Assembly: GCA_035269575.1 (NCBI GenBank)
Contig: DATFIZ010000103.1
Span: 23,536 to 87,535, forward strand
Length of the DNA stretch: 64,000 nucleotides
From: Bacteroidales bacterium
GTDB taxonomy: Bacteria; Bacteroidota; Bacteroidia; Bacteroidales; UBA12077
Direction: 5' to 3'
This document shows, piece by piece, positions 49,156-58,584 of the stretch. The position numbers and the translations under genes were made by a program. Within the stretch, counting starts at the first letter, position 1, and each line of letters begins with the position of its first letter. The notes under the pieces are model-generated. The model searched no databases and was not told where the DNA came from. It saw only the letters and a list, made by a program, of their open reading frames with translations.

Positions 49156-49185
49156 AAAGCCCCATTTAAACGATGGGGTTTTTTA
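49156..49185 (+). terminator. rho-independent terminator after ribE
   Basis: CCCCAT (49160-49165), loop TTAAACG, ATGGGG (49173-49178), then TTTTTT. Confidence 0.7.
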
Positions 49186-49237
49186 GTATAAAAAAATTTG
49201 TGAACCCCAAAAAAATTATCTAATTCACTTTTTTTAA

Positions 49238-49268
49238 TTGCATTTTTTATTACATAAATCTATCTTTG
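49238..49268 (+). promoter_or_regulatory. candidate Bacteroidota sigma-A promoter of ileS
   Basis: -7 box TATCTTTG (49261-49268, fits TAnnTTTG), with a TTG at 49238-49240 that ends 20 nt upstream of it. It lies about 40 nt upstream of the ileS ATG. Confidence 0.45.
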
Positions 49269-49309
49269 TACGTTTTAAAAACTTGAAGATTAAAAATTAA
49301 GCATAACCA

Positions 49310-52300
49310 ATGAGTAAAAAATTTCCGGAATACAAACAATTGGATTTGTCGCAAATCAATAAAGATATTCTTGCGCGATGGGATAAAAACGACACGTTTC
49401 ATAAAAGTATAACAACCCGCGAGGGAAAACCCACCTTTGTGTTTTACGAAGGACCTCCTTCGGCTAATGGTTTGCCGGGAATACACCATGTGATGGCCCG
49501 GGCCATCAAAGATATCTTCTGCCGCTACAAAACCATGCAGGGCTACCTGGTAAAAAGAAAAGCCGGTTGGGATACTCATGGTCTCCCGGTTGAATTAGCG
49601 GTGGAAAAATCATTGGGTATTACCAAAGAGGATATAGGTAAAAAAATATCGGTGGATGAATACAACGAAACCTGTAAAAAGGAGGTGATGAAGTATACCG
49701 ATGTATGGGAAAACCTTACCCATAAAATGGGATATTGGGTTAATATGGACGATCCATACATTACTTACGACAATCGTTATATTGAAACCCTGTGGTGGTT
49801 GTTGAAACAACTTTTTGAAAAAGGACTGTTGTATAAAGGGTATACGATACAGCCCTATTCGCCTGCTGCCGGAACAGGGTTAAGCACCCATGAACTAAAC
49901 CAGCCGGGCTGTTACAAAGATGTGAAAGATACTACCTGTACCGCCCAGTTTAAGGTCGTTAAAGATGACACATCAGATTTCCTTTTTAAGGATGTAGAAA
50001 CGGATGTTTACCTTTTGGCCTGGACAACTACTCCATGGACATTACCTTCAAACACCGCATTGGCTGTTGGTCCCAAAATAAACTATGTAAAAGTACAAAC
50101 ATTTAATCCATATACCGGCAAACCGGTTACGGTTTTACTGGCTAAAGATTTATTCTACGCTTATTTCGATAAAAAAGCAGGCGAGCTTAGTCTCGATGAT
50201 TACAAAGCAGGCGATAAAAAAATTCCCTACAAAGTGATAGCCGAATATAGCGGGAAAGATTTGGAAGGTTTGCGATACAAACAACTCATTAACTGGGTTC
50301 AACCCAAAGGAGATGCTTTCCGGGTAATTTTGGGCGATTATGTGACTACCGAAGATGGAACCGGAATTGTACATATCGCGCCTACTTTTGGCGCCGATGA
50401 CGATCGTGTAGCCAAACAAAGCAATATTTCTGCACTTGTTTTATACGATAAACAGGGAACCATGCAACCGATGGTGGATAAGAAAGGACGTATGTACCCA
50501 ATGGATGAATTAGATGCTGATTTTGTATCTCAGTATGTAAATATGGATGCTTATAAGGATTTTGCAGGACGTTATGTTAAAAATGAATACGACGAATCGC
50601 TTACCGAAAAGGATCCAACCCTGGATGTAGATATCTCGGTAATGCTGAAAAAAGAAAATAAAGCCTTTAAAATCGAAAAACAGGTTCACAATTACCCGCA
50701 TTGCTGGAGAACAGACAAACCGGTCCTTTACTATCCGTTAGATTCATGGTTTGTAAAAACAACTGTGATGAAAGAACGTATGATGGAGCTGAATAAAACC
50801 ATCAACTGGAAGCCCGAATCGACAGGTACCGGCAGGTTTGGTAAATGGCTGGAGAATTTGCAGGACTGGAATTTATCCCGCTCAAGATATTGGGGTACCC
50901 CATTACCTATATGGGTTACCGAAGACCGCTCGGAGATGAAGTGTATCGGTTCGGTAGAAGAGTTGTACAATGAAATCGAAAAGTCGGTGAAAGCAGGATA
51001 TATGAAAGTAAATCCTATTGCTGATTTCGAGTCCGGCAACTACACCAAAGAAAACTACGATAAGATAGATCTTCACAGGCCTTATGTGGATGAGGTGATT
51101 TTAGTCTCGGATCAAGGGCAAAAAATGATACGTGAGCTTGACCTGATTGATGTCTGGTTCGATTCCGGAGCAATGCCTTATGCGCAGTTCCATTATCCTT
51201 TTGAAAATAAAGAAGGATTTGACAAGGTATACCCTGCCGACTTTATTGCCGAAGGGGTAGACCAAACCCGCGGATGGTTCTTTACCTTACATGCTATTGC
51301 TACGATGCTTTTTGATTCCGTAGCCTTTAAAAATATTATCTCCAATGGATTGGTGTTAGATAAAGATGGCGCTAAAATGTCGAAACGTTTGGGTAATGCA
51401 GTCGATCCATTCGAAACCATTGAGAAGAACGGATCCGACCCGTTGCGCTGGTATATGATTACCAATGCACAGCCCTGGGATAACTTGAAATTTGATCCTG
51501 CGGGATTGGAAGAGGTTAAACGGAAATTTTTTGGGACCCTCTATAATACGTATTCATTCTTTGCACTTTATGCCAATGTTGATGGATTTACATTTGAAGA
51601 AGTAGAAGTTCCTGTGGAAGAGCGTCCGGAGATTGACCGGTGGATTATCTCCTTGCTAAATTCGTTGGTAAAAGAAGTTGATAAAGATTATGAAAACTAT
51701 GAACCTACAAGAGCCGGAAGAGCAATCCAGGATTTTGTTACCGAAAATTTAAGTAACTGGTATGTGCGACTCAACAGAAAAAGGTACTGGGGTGGGGAGT
51801 ATTCGAAAGATAAAATCGCAGCTTACCAGACGCTTTATACCTGTTTAGAAACGGTAGCCAGGCTTATGGCTCCTGTAGCTCCGTTTTTTGCCGATCAGCT
51901 GTTTACCGATCTTAATGCAGTAACCGGAAAAGATACTACCGAGTCGGTACATATTGCTGATTTCCCGAAATATGATGAGCAATATATTGATCTGGCGCTG
52001 GAAGAAAGAATGGATATTGCACAACGTGTTTCGTCAATGATTTTGGCTTTACGAAGGAAAGTGAATATAAAAGTTCGACAACCTTTAAGTAAGATGATGA
52101 TTCCGCTGTTGGATGCTTCGTTAAAAGAGAAGTTTGAAGCCGTAAGGAATTTAGTGTTGTCGGAAGTTAATGTAAAAGATGTTGAATATATTACCGATAC
52201 CACCGGTATCCTGGTTAAAAAAATTAAACCCAACTTTAAAGCCTTAGGCCCCAAATATGGCAAATTAATGAAACATATTTCAAAGGCTTTAGCCCAACTG

Positions 52301-52750
52301 TCGCAAGAAGATATCGCAAAATTTGAAAAAGAAGAAGAATTTACCATTAATACCGGTGAAGAGCAAATAACACTTACTTTGACCGATGTGGAAATTTCTT
52401 CGGAAGATATTCCGGGATGGCTTGTAGCCAATGATGGGAAGTTAACCGTTGCACTGGATATTAATATTACCAGCGAATTACGCGAGGAGGGAATTGCCCG
52501 CGAATTTATTAACCGGATTCAGAATCTGAGGAAAGACAGCAAATTTGATGTTACCGATAAAATCGAGATAGAAATAAAAAAACACCATCTAATTGATCAG
52601 GCCATTGAAAAACACAAAGAATATATTGGTGCACAAACCTTAGCTAAATCGGTTGATTTGGTTGATAGTTTCGAACAAAATACGGTTTTCGATGTGGAAA
52701 TTGATGATGATATTAAAACGCAAATAAAAATTTCCAGAGTAAACCAATAA
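49310..52750 (+). CDS. ileS: isoleucine--tRNA ligase (long, type-2 form)
   Basis: HIGH-type motif PSANGLPGIHHVMAR, KMSKS motif GAKMSKRLGN, a CP1 editing domain (TTTPWTLPSN) and WFDSGAMPYAQ. 1146 aa. Confidence 0.95.
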   Translation: MSKKFPEYKQLDLSQINKDILARWDKNDTFHKSITTREGKPTFVFYEGPPSANGLPGIHHVMARAIKDIFCRYKTMQGYLVKRKAGWDTHGLPVELAVEKSLGITKEDIGKKISVDEYNETCKKEVMKYTDVWENLTHKMGYWVNMDDPYITYDNRYIETLWWLLKQLFEKGLLYKGYTIQPYSPAAGTGLSTHELNQPGCYKDVKDTTCTAQFKVVKDDTSDFLFKDVETDVYLLAWTTTPWTLPSNTALAVGPKINYVKVQTFNPYTGKPVTVLLAKDLFYAYFDKKAGELSLDDYKAGDKKIPYKVIAEYSGKDLEGLRYKQLINWVQPKGDAFRVILGDYVTTEDGTGIVHIAPTFGADDDRVAKQSNISALVLYDKQGTMQPMVDKKGRMYPMDELDADFVSQYVNMDAYKDFAGRYVKNEYDESLTEKDPTLDVDISVMLKKENKAFKIEKQVHNYPHCWRTDKPVLYYPLDSWFVKTTVMKERMMELNKTINWKPESTGTGRFGKWLENLQDWNLSRSRYWGTPLPIWVTEDRSEMKCIGSVEELYNEIEKSVKAGYMKVNPIADFESGNYTKENYDKIDLHRPYVDEVILVSDQGQKMIRELDLIDVWFDSGAMPYAQFHYPFENKEGFDKVYPADFIAEGVDQTRGWFFTLHAIATMLFDSVAFKNIISNGLVLDKDGAKMSKRLGNAVDPFETIEKNGSDPLRWYMITNAQPWDNLKFDPAGLEEVKRKFFGTLYNTYSFFALYANVDGFTFEEVEVPVEERPEIDRWIISLLNSLVKEVDKDYENYEPTRAGRAIQDFVTENLSNWYVRLNRKRYWGGEYSKDKIAAYQTLYTCLETVARLMAPVAPFFADQLFTDLNAVTGKDTTESVHIADFPKYDEQYIDLALEERMDIAQRVSSMILALRRKVNIKVRQPLSKMMIPLLDASLKEKFEAVRNLVLSEVNVKDVEYITDTTGILVKKIKPNFKALGPKYGKLMKHISKALAQLSQEDIAKFEKEEEFTINTGEEQITLTLTDVEISSEDIPGWLVANDGKLTVALDINITSELREEGIAREFINRIQNLRKDSKFDVTDKIEIEIKKHHLIDQAIEKHKEYIGAQTLAKSVDLVDSFEQNTVFDVEIDDDIKTQIKISRVNQ

Positions 52751-52807
52751 TTGCTTTTTAAACTGAAAAAATTTATTATCTTTAGCACAACTAAAAATTA
52801 ATGAGTT

Positions 52808-53185
52808 ATGGCGGAAAAGACAAGATATACCGATGAAGAGTTGGCGGAGTTTAAAGAGATTATCTTAAAAAAACTGGATAAAGCTCAACAAGATTATGAT
52901 CTTCTAAAAAAGACCATTACCCATAGCGAAAGCAATGATACAGAAGATACATCGCCTACTTTTAAAGTATTAGAAGAGGGTGCAGCAACCCTTTCTAAGG
53001 AAGAAGCCGGAAGACTGGCTCAGCGTCAGCAGAAATTTATCCAACACCTAAAAGGAGCATTGGTTCGTATTGAAAACAAAACCTATGGTATTTGCCGTGA
53101 AACCGGAAAATTAATTTCCAAAGAACGACTTCGTGCAGTACCTCATGCGACCTTAAGCATCGAAGCAAAACAAAATCAACGTTAA
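52808..53185 (+). CDS. DksA/TraR-family protein with a degenerate zinc finger
   Basis: Coiled-coil N-terminal part, then GALVRIENKTYGICRETGKLISKERLRAVPHATLS. Only one Cys occupies the C4 positions. It sits between ileS and lspA. Confidence 0.7.
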   Translation: MAEKTRYTDEELAEFKEIILKKLDKAQQDYDLLKKTITHSESNDTEDTSPTFKVLEEGAATLSKEEAGRLAQRQQKFIQHLKGALVRIENKTYGICRETGKLISKERLRAVPHATLSIEAKQNQR

Positions 53186-53293
53186 TAAAAACACAGACAA
53201 TAATAAGGAAATGATTAGGCTGCAACCGGTCTAATCATTTCTTATTATTCGACCCTTTTCTGTAGATTTACCAAAAATTTAATACCTAAACTT

Positions 53294-53902
53294 GTGAAGT
53301 CAATTACGAAAACATCAATCCTTGTTATCATTCTTGTATTAATTATTGATCAGGCCCTGAAAATATGGATTAAAACCAATATGATGCTGGGGCAGGAATA
53401 TAAAATATTGGGCGATTGGTTTATTATCCATTTTACCGAAAATAACGGGATGGCTTTTGGCATGGAGTTCTGGGGCGAAAAAGGAAAAATTTTCCTTACC
53501 CTTTTCAGGATTGCTGCAGTAACCGGTATTGGTTGGTATTTGAGTCATCTTATTCAAGAAAAAGCACCTAAAATGTTGATAATCAGCATAGCACTGATTA
53601 TGGCCGGAGCACTTGGAAATATTATCGACAGTGTTTTTTACGGCGTACTTTTCGATGACAGTTTTTATAAGGTAGCCGAATTTATGCCTGCCGGCGGTGG
53701 ATATTCAACATGGCTCCAGGGAAAAGTGGTAGATATGTTCTATTTTCCCATTTTGAAAGGAAATTTCCCTTCGTGGTTTCCGTTTTGGGCCAACGAGCAG
53801 TTTATTTTTTTCCGGCCGGTTTTTAATATTGCCGATTCAGCCATTACGGTGGGTGTTTTTTATATCCTTATTTTTGAACGTTCGTTTTTCAAGCACAACT
53901 AA
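53294..53902 (+). CDS. lspA: lipoprotein signal peptidase (signal peptidase II)
   Basis: GTG start. Motifs DQALKIW, ENNGMAFG, GNIIDS, VVDMFYF, FNIADSAITVG. Four TM segments. Confidence 0.85.
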   Translation: MKSITKTSILVIILVLIIDQALKIWIKTNMMLGQEYKILGDWFIIHFTENNGMAFGMEFWGEKGKIFLTLFRIAAVTGIGWYLSHLIQEKAPKMLIISIALIMAGALGNIIDSVFYGVLFDDSFYKVAEFMPAGGGYSTWLQGKVVDMFYFPILKGNFPSWFPFWANEQFIFFRPVFNIADSAITVGVFYILIFERSFFKHN

Positions 53903-54183
53903 CCCGCACTAAGTTTTTGTAAATAAAAAGATTGTTTGAGGGCGGCAAAAGACTGCAAATCAATATTTTAATAATTAAAGAAACAATCAAAAAGGAAGTT
54001 ATTCAAATTATTCGTAATTTTTGTCCCGAACCCCTAAAAGGGAGGTTGCTGAAAATCAAAACACCCCTGGCTGTTGTCAGGTAGGTCTTTAGGTCAGTGG
54101 CAATGATGATTTTTCAGCATTGCCGGATTAGGAAACTCTTTGGGCAGCTTTTTTTTGTTGTAGATAGTGATTATTATTCTGTT

Positions 54184-54477
54184 TTAAGATCCGGCAAAGG
54201 GAGTTCCAAATATGCCCACGGCAAGTTCAGCCCAAATGAGAAAGAATCCAAATAAAATAGCTCCACAAAGGAGAATTCGGGGGATGATATTTTTTACCCT
54301 TCTCAGGATAAGTTCACATAACATCCCCGTGACAGACAGTAGAATTCCCATAATGACAAAGTCAGCGATGGACCAGTCTACTTCATGGGTAAACTGCATG
54401 GCTACAAGCGGAATAAGCAATAAAATAGCTATACCGGAAAAGATCAGGATGACTCTTTTGTTTTTCATCAGTTGCAT
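54184..54477 (-). CDS. small integral membrane protein, unknown function
   Basis: 97 aa with three clear hydrophobic helices. The overlapping plus-strand ORF 54212..54544 has implausible composition. Confidence 0.5.
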   Translation of the reverse strand: MQLMKNKRVILIFSGIAILLLIPLVAMQFTHEVDWSIADFVIMGILLSVTGMLCELILRRVKNIIPRILLCGAILFGFFLIWAELAVGIFGTPFAGS

Positions 54478-54590
54478 TGTTTATTTATTTTTACCCTTAC
54501 CAAAGATAAATAAAAATGTACCTTCCGGCAAGGCAGGTTGCTAACATATCACTCAATGGACATTTTTTTATTGCCATTTTGAAAACCGTT

Positions 54591-55298
54591 TTATGGTTTA
54601 TCCTGTACTTTACCCTCTTCATTCAATAGTTCTATTTTAGGGTTGTTATCACTATCAATGTAAATCTTTATTCGTGGTCTCCCTGTATTGTCGTTAATAA
54701 ACAACCCTACTTCATTGTTCATCTTTTTACCAACAAACATTCTGTCTTCCGGCAGGAATCCTTTGTCTTTCATTTTTAAAAGGGCTTCTTTTTTTTCTTT
54801 TGCATCTTCAATTTTTTGCCATTCCTCCAATGCCTTGCTTCTTTCATCAAAGGCATCCTCTTTAGGATATTCCCAAAATTGAAGCCCATAGGTTCTGGCA
54901 TCATTCTTTGTATTCTCCACATAGCGTAATTGCATTATCTGGTCATCTCTGTATTTATCAACAGATAGAACCAGTCCGGCCTGTTCATCATTCCCGTCAT
55001 AAATGAGCCCACCGCATTCATCTCCGGCTGAGTTGAAAAAAATCAGTCCGGCTTTTCTTGATCTTTTGGGAAGAGCCTTGCCATTTATAAAGCCAGAATG
55101 TTGTCTCTCGCTATTGCTAATTACCAGCTTTAAATCACCATTGCTTTCAACAACATTAATTCTTTCAACACTTATTTCCTTAAAAGACTTTCCCCTGGGT
55201 TGGTTGATTAAAAATAAAACAATAACCAATAATACAATTGTTAAAAAGCCTGAGTAGATTTTTAAAAATTTCACTTCATTTTGAGTTTTGTGGTTCAT
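54591..55298 (-). CDS. membrane-anchored hypothetical protein
   Basis: 235 aa with an N-terminal anchor (IYSGFLTIVLLVIVLFLI) and a soluble beta-rich domain containing a Lys/Glu-rich helix. No recognised motif. Confidence 0.55.
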   Translation of the reverse strand: MNHKTQNEVKFLKIYSGFLTIVLLVIVLFLINQPRGKSFKEISVERINVVESNGDLKLVISNSERQHSGFINGKALPKRSRKAGLIFFNSAGDECGGLIYDGNDEQAGLVLSVDKYRDDQIMQLRYVENTKNDARTYGLQFWEYPKEDAFDERSKALEEWQKIEDAKEKKEALLKMKDKGFLPEDRMFVGKKMNNEVGLFINDNTGRPRIKIYIDSDNNPKIELLNEEGKVQDKP

Positions 55299-55610
55299 GA
55301 TTTTTTTGTTTAATTTTTTTGATATAAGAAAGTGGTTTTCTTTATTTCAATAGACTGGATTCTTAAAGGGGTTATGTCTTCTGTTTAACGATTAACTTTT
55401 TTAGCTCCTAAAAGAGATTCCTTTACCAGGTGATGTGAATTAAATGATAAAAATATGGTGACCGAAAGATACGTTTTTTTAATTCATTTCGAGAGTTTTT
55501 CCAGGAATCAGCAAATCGTATGATTCTCCTTTTTCGGCGCCATTGCCTATTTGGACAGATGGCTTGTGTTGGCTGCTTTTGGTAAAATACAAGGAATGAA
55601 AAGAATTTAA

Positions 55611-55640
55611 ATAAAAAATCCTGACGATAATGTCAGGATT
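55611..55640 (-). terminator. rho-independent terminator after tRNA-Gln
   Basis: On the minus strand: AATCCTGAC, loop ATTATC, GTCAGGATT, then TTTTTTAT. The 9-bp stems are at 55617-55625 and 55632-55640. It begins 4 nt after the tRNA 3' end. Confidence 0.65.
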
Positions 55641-55644
55641 CTTG

Positions 55645-55717
55645 CTGTCCGACCAGGGCTCGAACCTGGACTCTTTTGGACCAAAACCAAACGTGTTGCC
55701 AATTACACCATCGGACA
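55645..55717 (-). tRNA. tRNA-Gln (anticodon UUG)
   Basis: Minus-strand sequence TGTCCGATGGTGTAATTGGCAACACGTTTGGTTTTGGTCCAAAAGAGTCCAGGTTCGAGCCCTGGTCGGACAG. It folds by hand into a 7-bp acceptor stem (U1-A72 as in bacterial tRNA-Gln), a D arm GTGT/ACAC and an anticodon stem TTTGG/CCAAA with loop TTTTGGT (anticodon TTG). The T arm is CCAGG-TTCGAGC-CCTGG. CCA is not encoded. Confidence 0.9.
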
Positions 55718-55731
55718 AGTGATTGAGTGTG

Positions 55732-55761
55732 CAAATTTAAAAAAAAATAATTGTTTGCAAA
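55732..55761 (-). promoter_or_regulatory. Bacteroidota-type promoter of tRNA-Gln
   Basis: On the minus strand, TTTG (55758-55761), an 18-nt spacer, then TAAATTTG (55732-55739, fits TAnnTTTG). The box ends about 15 nt upstream of the tRNA 5' end. Confidence 0.55.
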
Positions 55762-55848
55762 TATTTTTTTTAGATTTTTTAAAAAAAAGAAACATGGGAA
55801 CGATAAACCGAGATACAACTTAATGGTGTCAAGGTTTATCGTATTTAA

Positions 55849-57429
55849 TTATTTTTCAGCTTTTGCCGGGTAGTTAGATAACCCTTCATCGGTCATGATC
55901 CAATAGTTGTTAATCATCTCTTCGGTACGGTAATATTTTTTCTTTTTAATGTAATTCAACTGCTCCTCCAGGCTTTCATCCAGATAAAGAATATATCCTT
56001 CCGGCACACGAACAGTAACATCCACCTCCGGGAAGGTCCATCGGTTTTCATCTGTCAGCGAATAAACTGGGTCAAACCAGATAATGGAATCTTGCTGTGA
56101 GCATTGGTAATGTATTTTTTCGGTATTTTCCAGTGCTTTCATCCGGTTTCTGCCCCGTCCTTCTTTGCGGATTTCAATTTCTATCTGCTCGGTATGGCCT
56201 TGTATAATATCTATTTTCGGATAAGCATACAACTGTTTTTCGTCATCTTTTTCGTATAACAACATAAATTCGCTGTCGAAAATATAAAAAGTAGATTTTT
56301 TAACCGGAGAGTAGTCTTTTGCTTTCAGGTACAGTTTTTTATTCGCCGGCTCATCAATGACAACTTCTGCTTCATCTCTAACCGAAATAGCGAATTCCTT
56401 GATTTGTGATCCGCCCAAAACAATCAAAACAATTAAACTGATAAACCATGCGGTAAATCCAACAGCTGCAAAAGCTTTGTCTTTAGGCCTAATCCCGAGC
56501 AATAATTTAAATCCACCATACACAATGGCAAACAGCGGAATAAAAACCAGTAAGATAGCACATACAGCCATGATCCAGATTGTATTGGGATCAAACAAAG
56601 AATGAATAATGTCAGGAACAATTACCTGATTATCGATAATTATATTATTCCAGGGCATAAACGGTTCTCCGATAATAATGGTTCCGGTGAGGCCAATGAG
56701 AAACCCCACGCCAACAATAATCATCCCTAAGCCCAGCACAATGCCCACCAGTTTGACGATAAATCTGAAAAAAGCACCGGTGGCAGAAGCCAATCCATCG
56801 AAAAAATTACGGGTACGGTCATAATCTTTCGTATTTTTAAAGTTTTTGAAATTATCCTTTACGGTTTCGTACTCTTTGCGCACATTTTTTTCGATTTCGG
56901 AAATTTTGAAATTTTCACCCCGCATTTCCAGCTTCTGGGCTGTAGAACGGGCTGCCGGCAACAAAGCCCACAGCACAATATAAACAATTCCGATAATCCC
57001 GTAAGCAAAGATTAAAATCAGAAATAAAAGCCTTATGATGATAGGGTCAATGTTAAGATAAGTAGCAATACCGGAACACACTCCTCCCAAGACGCGGTTG
57101 TCTGGGTCGCGGTAGAGCCGTTTCGATGCCCGATAGGTTTCTTCTTGTTCTTGTCTTTCGGTATCTTCATCCGCAATATCTTCCGGACGACCCATAATTT
57201 CAATAATCTCATCGATATCTTCTTTCGTAACGACTTGTTTTTGTTCTGATATTTTGGTTTGTAAAATCTCGGCAATGCGATTTTCAATATCGGTAATAAT
57301 CTCTTTCCCTTCGTCGGTTGATGCAAACCGATTATTGATAGCGGTAAGATAATTTTGTAGCAACTGATAAGCATCTTCGTCAAGATGAAAAATAATTCCG
57401 CCGATATTTATTTTAACTGTTTTTTTCAT
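55849..57429 (-). CDS. PspC-domain multi-pass membrane protein (long form)
   Basis: The N-terminal domain is paralogous to that of the 199-aa neighbour (INIGGIIFHLDEDAYQLLQNYL). The PspC motif is LYRDPDNRVLGGVCSGIATYLNIDPIIIRLLFLILIF. Several further TM helices and a roughly 190-aa C-terminal extracytoplasmic domain follow. Confidence 0.8.
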   Translation of the reverse strand: MKKTVKINIGGIIFHLDEDAYQLLQNYLTAINNRFASTDEGKEIITDIENRIAEILQTKISEQKQVVTKEDIDEIIEIMGRPEDIADEDTERQEQEETYRASKRLYRDPDNRVLGGVCSGIATYLNIDPIIIRLLFLILIFAYGIIGIVYIVLWALLPAARSTAQKLEMRGENFKISEIEKNVRKEYETVKDNFKNFKNTKDYDRTRNFFDGLASATGAFFRFIVKLVGIVLGLGMIIVGVGFLIGLTGTIIIGEPFMPWNNIIIDNQVIVPDIIHSLFDPNTIWIMAVCAILLVFIPLFAIVYGGFKLLLGIRPKDKAFAAVGFTAWFISLIVLIVLGGSQIKEFAISVRDEAEVVIDEPANKKLYLKAKDYSPVKKSTFYIFDSEFMLLYEKDDEKQLYAYPKIDIIQGHTEQIEIEIRKEGRGRNRMKALENTEKIHYQCSQQDSIIWFDPVYSLTDENRWTFPEVDVTVRVPEGYILYLDESLEEQLNYIKKKKYYRTEEMINNYWIMTDEGLSNYPAKAEK

Positions 57430-57441
57430 TTTTTTCGATTT

Positions 57442-57768
57442 TTATTGTTGATTAATCGAGTTTACTGCATCGACAAGTTCGGCCCATGATTTTTTTAACT
57501 CTTCCAGATATGCTTTGCCTTTGTCGGTTAAGGTATAATATTTTCGTGGAGGCCCCTGGGTCGATTCTTCCCAGCGATAGCTTAATAAACCGGCATTTTT
57601 TTGCCGGGTAAGCAGGGGATATAAAGTTCCTTCAACCACAATCATCTTAGCTTCTTTTAATGCTTTGATGATATCGGAGGCGTAATAATCCTGTTTCGAA
57701 AGAATAGATAAAATACAGAATTCCAATACGCCTTTTTTCATTTGAGCTTTGGTATTTTCGAGATTCAT
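57442..57768 (-). CDS. PadR-family transcriptional regulator
   Basis: Winged-helix signature GVLEFCILSIL..YASDIIKAL..VVEGTLYPLLTRQKNAGLLSYRWEES..PRKYYTLTDKGKAYL. 108 aa. Confidence 0.88.
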   Translation of the reverse strand: MNLENTKAQMKKGVLEFCILSILSKQDYYASDIIKALKEAKMIVVEGTLYPLLTRQKNAGLLSYRWEESTQGPPRKYYTLTDKGKAYLEELKKSWAELVDAVNSINQQ

Positions 57769-57813
57769 TTTTTTAAGATTTAGTTTAGTATTCTTCGTTC
57801 AGCAATAAAAAAA

Positions 57814-58413
57814 TCAGAATTTCATGTTTTTTCTGACATTTTCAAACTCTTCACGAACGGCTTTTTTAATATTGTCGATGGTGACCGGCTCGCCTCGCAT
57901 TTCCAGCTTTTGGGCTGTTGTAAGTGCTTCGGGAATAACAATCCAAAGAATAATATAGATGATTAGTCCGGAGCCCATTCCAAAAAAGATTAGTATAAAG
58001 ATGATTCTAAAAACGATAGGGTCTGTATTAAAATAGGCTCCCAGTCCGCCGCAAACTCCTCCCAGTACCCTGTTGTCCGGGTCGCGGAAAAGCCGTTTGT
58101 TCGTCTGATAAGACGTGTTTTTCTTTTTTGATTTTTCTTTGGTTGGTTCTTCTTCAATAAAATCTTCGGGTTTGCCGATTATTTCAATAACTTTGGAAAC
58201 ATCCTCTTTCATAATCACATCTCGCTTACCCTCTAAAAGCTCTGTAAATAGCTCGGCCAGGCGTGTTTCAATATCCGTCATGATATCTTTACGCTCATCC
58301 TCGCTGCTAAATAGTTTCTCGATAGCTATCAGATAAGTGTTTAACATTTCGTAAGCATCATCATCGATATGAAATACAAGCCCTCCTAAATTAATCGTAA
58401 TTGTTGTTTTCAT
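57814..58413 (-). CDS. PspC-domain membrane protein (short form)
   Basis: INLGGLVFHIDDDAYEMLNTYL N-domain. PspC motif LFRDPDNRVLGGVCGGLGAYFNTDPIVFRIIFILIF. One further TM. Confidence 0.8.
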   Translation of the reverse strand: MKTTITINLGGLVFHIDDDAYEMLNTYLIAIEKLFSSEDERKDIMTDIETRLAELFTELLEGKRDVIMKEDVSKVIEIIGKPEDFIEEEPTKEKSKKKNTSYQTNKRLFRDPDNRVLGGVCGGLGAYFNTDPIVFRIIFILIFFGMGSGLIIYIILWIVIPEALTTAQKLEMRGEPVTIDNIKKAVREEFENVRKNMKF

Positions 58414-58479
58414 TATTCCTTTTTTTTATAGTACTATACTATGCAAATAAAATTACAATACAAAGATATGTAATAAATT

Positions 58480-58504
58480 TAGTACTATGCAACACATAGT
58501 ACTA
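58480..58504. promoter_or_regulatory. perfect 10-5-10 palindrome, candidate PadR operator
   Basis: TAGTACTATG-CAACA-CATAGTACTA. A related copy TAGTACTATACTATGCAA lies at 58429-58446. The minus-strand -7-like box TATCTTTG (58461-58468) sits between them, upstream of the pspC-padR-pspC genes. The divergent gene has its own TATCTTTG at 58560-58567. Confidence 0.45.
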
Positions 58505-58584
58505 TTAATTTTTAGCTAAATCACTTAAGTCTTTGAAAATCAATAATAAAAAAATTTATTATCTTTGATAAAAAATTTGGATAG

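Noticed and set aside
49186-49309. Possible T-box or attenuator leader upstream of ileS.
   Set aside because: It is too short and lacks a T-box sequence or specifier hairpin. Only a TATCTTTG promoter box is evident.
52808-53185. The degenerate zinc finger in the DksA/TraR-like protein, considered as a novelty.
   Set aside because: The ileS / dksA-like / lspA arrangement with a Cys-poor DksA-like protein is, to my knowledge, common in Bacteroidota. It is noted in the feature only.
54212-54544. 110-aa plus-strand ORF.
   Set aside because: It is antisense to a much more plausible three-helix membrane protein (54184..54477). Its composition is Ser/Pro/Arg-rich, typical of a shadow frame.
54184-55717. 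tRNA-Gln followed by two hypothetical membrane proteins, considered as a small tRNA-targeted island.
   Set aside because: There is no integrase, no direct repeat of the tRNA 3' end that I could find downstream, and no mobility genes. The ordinary-genes explanation is simpler.
55479-55818. Track ORFs 55479..55718 and 55633..55818 on the minus strand.
   Set aside because: Both run through the tRNA-Gln gene and its terminator or promoter, so they are artefacts of an open frame across an RNA gene.
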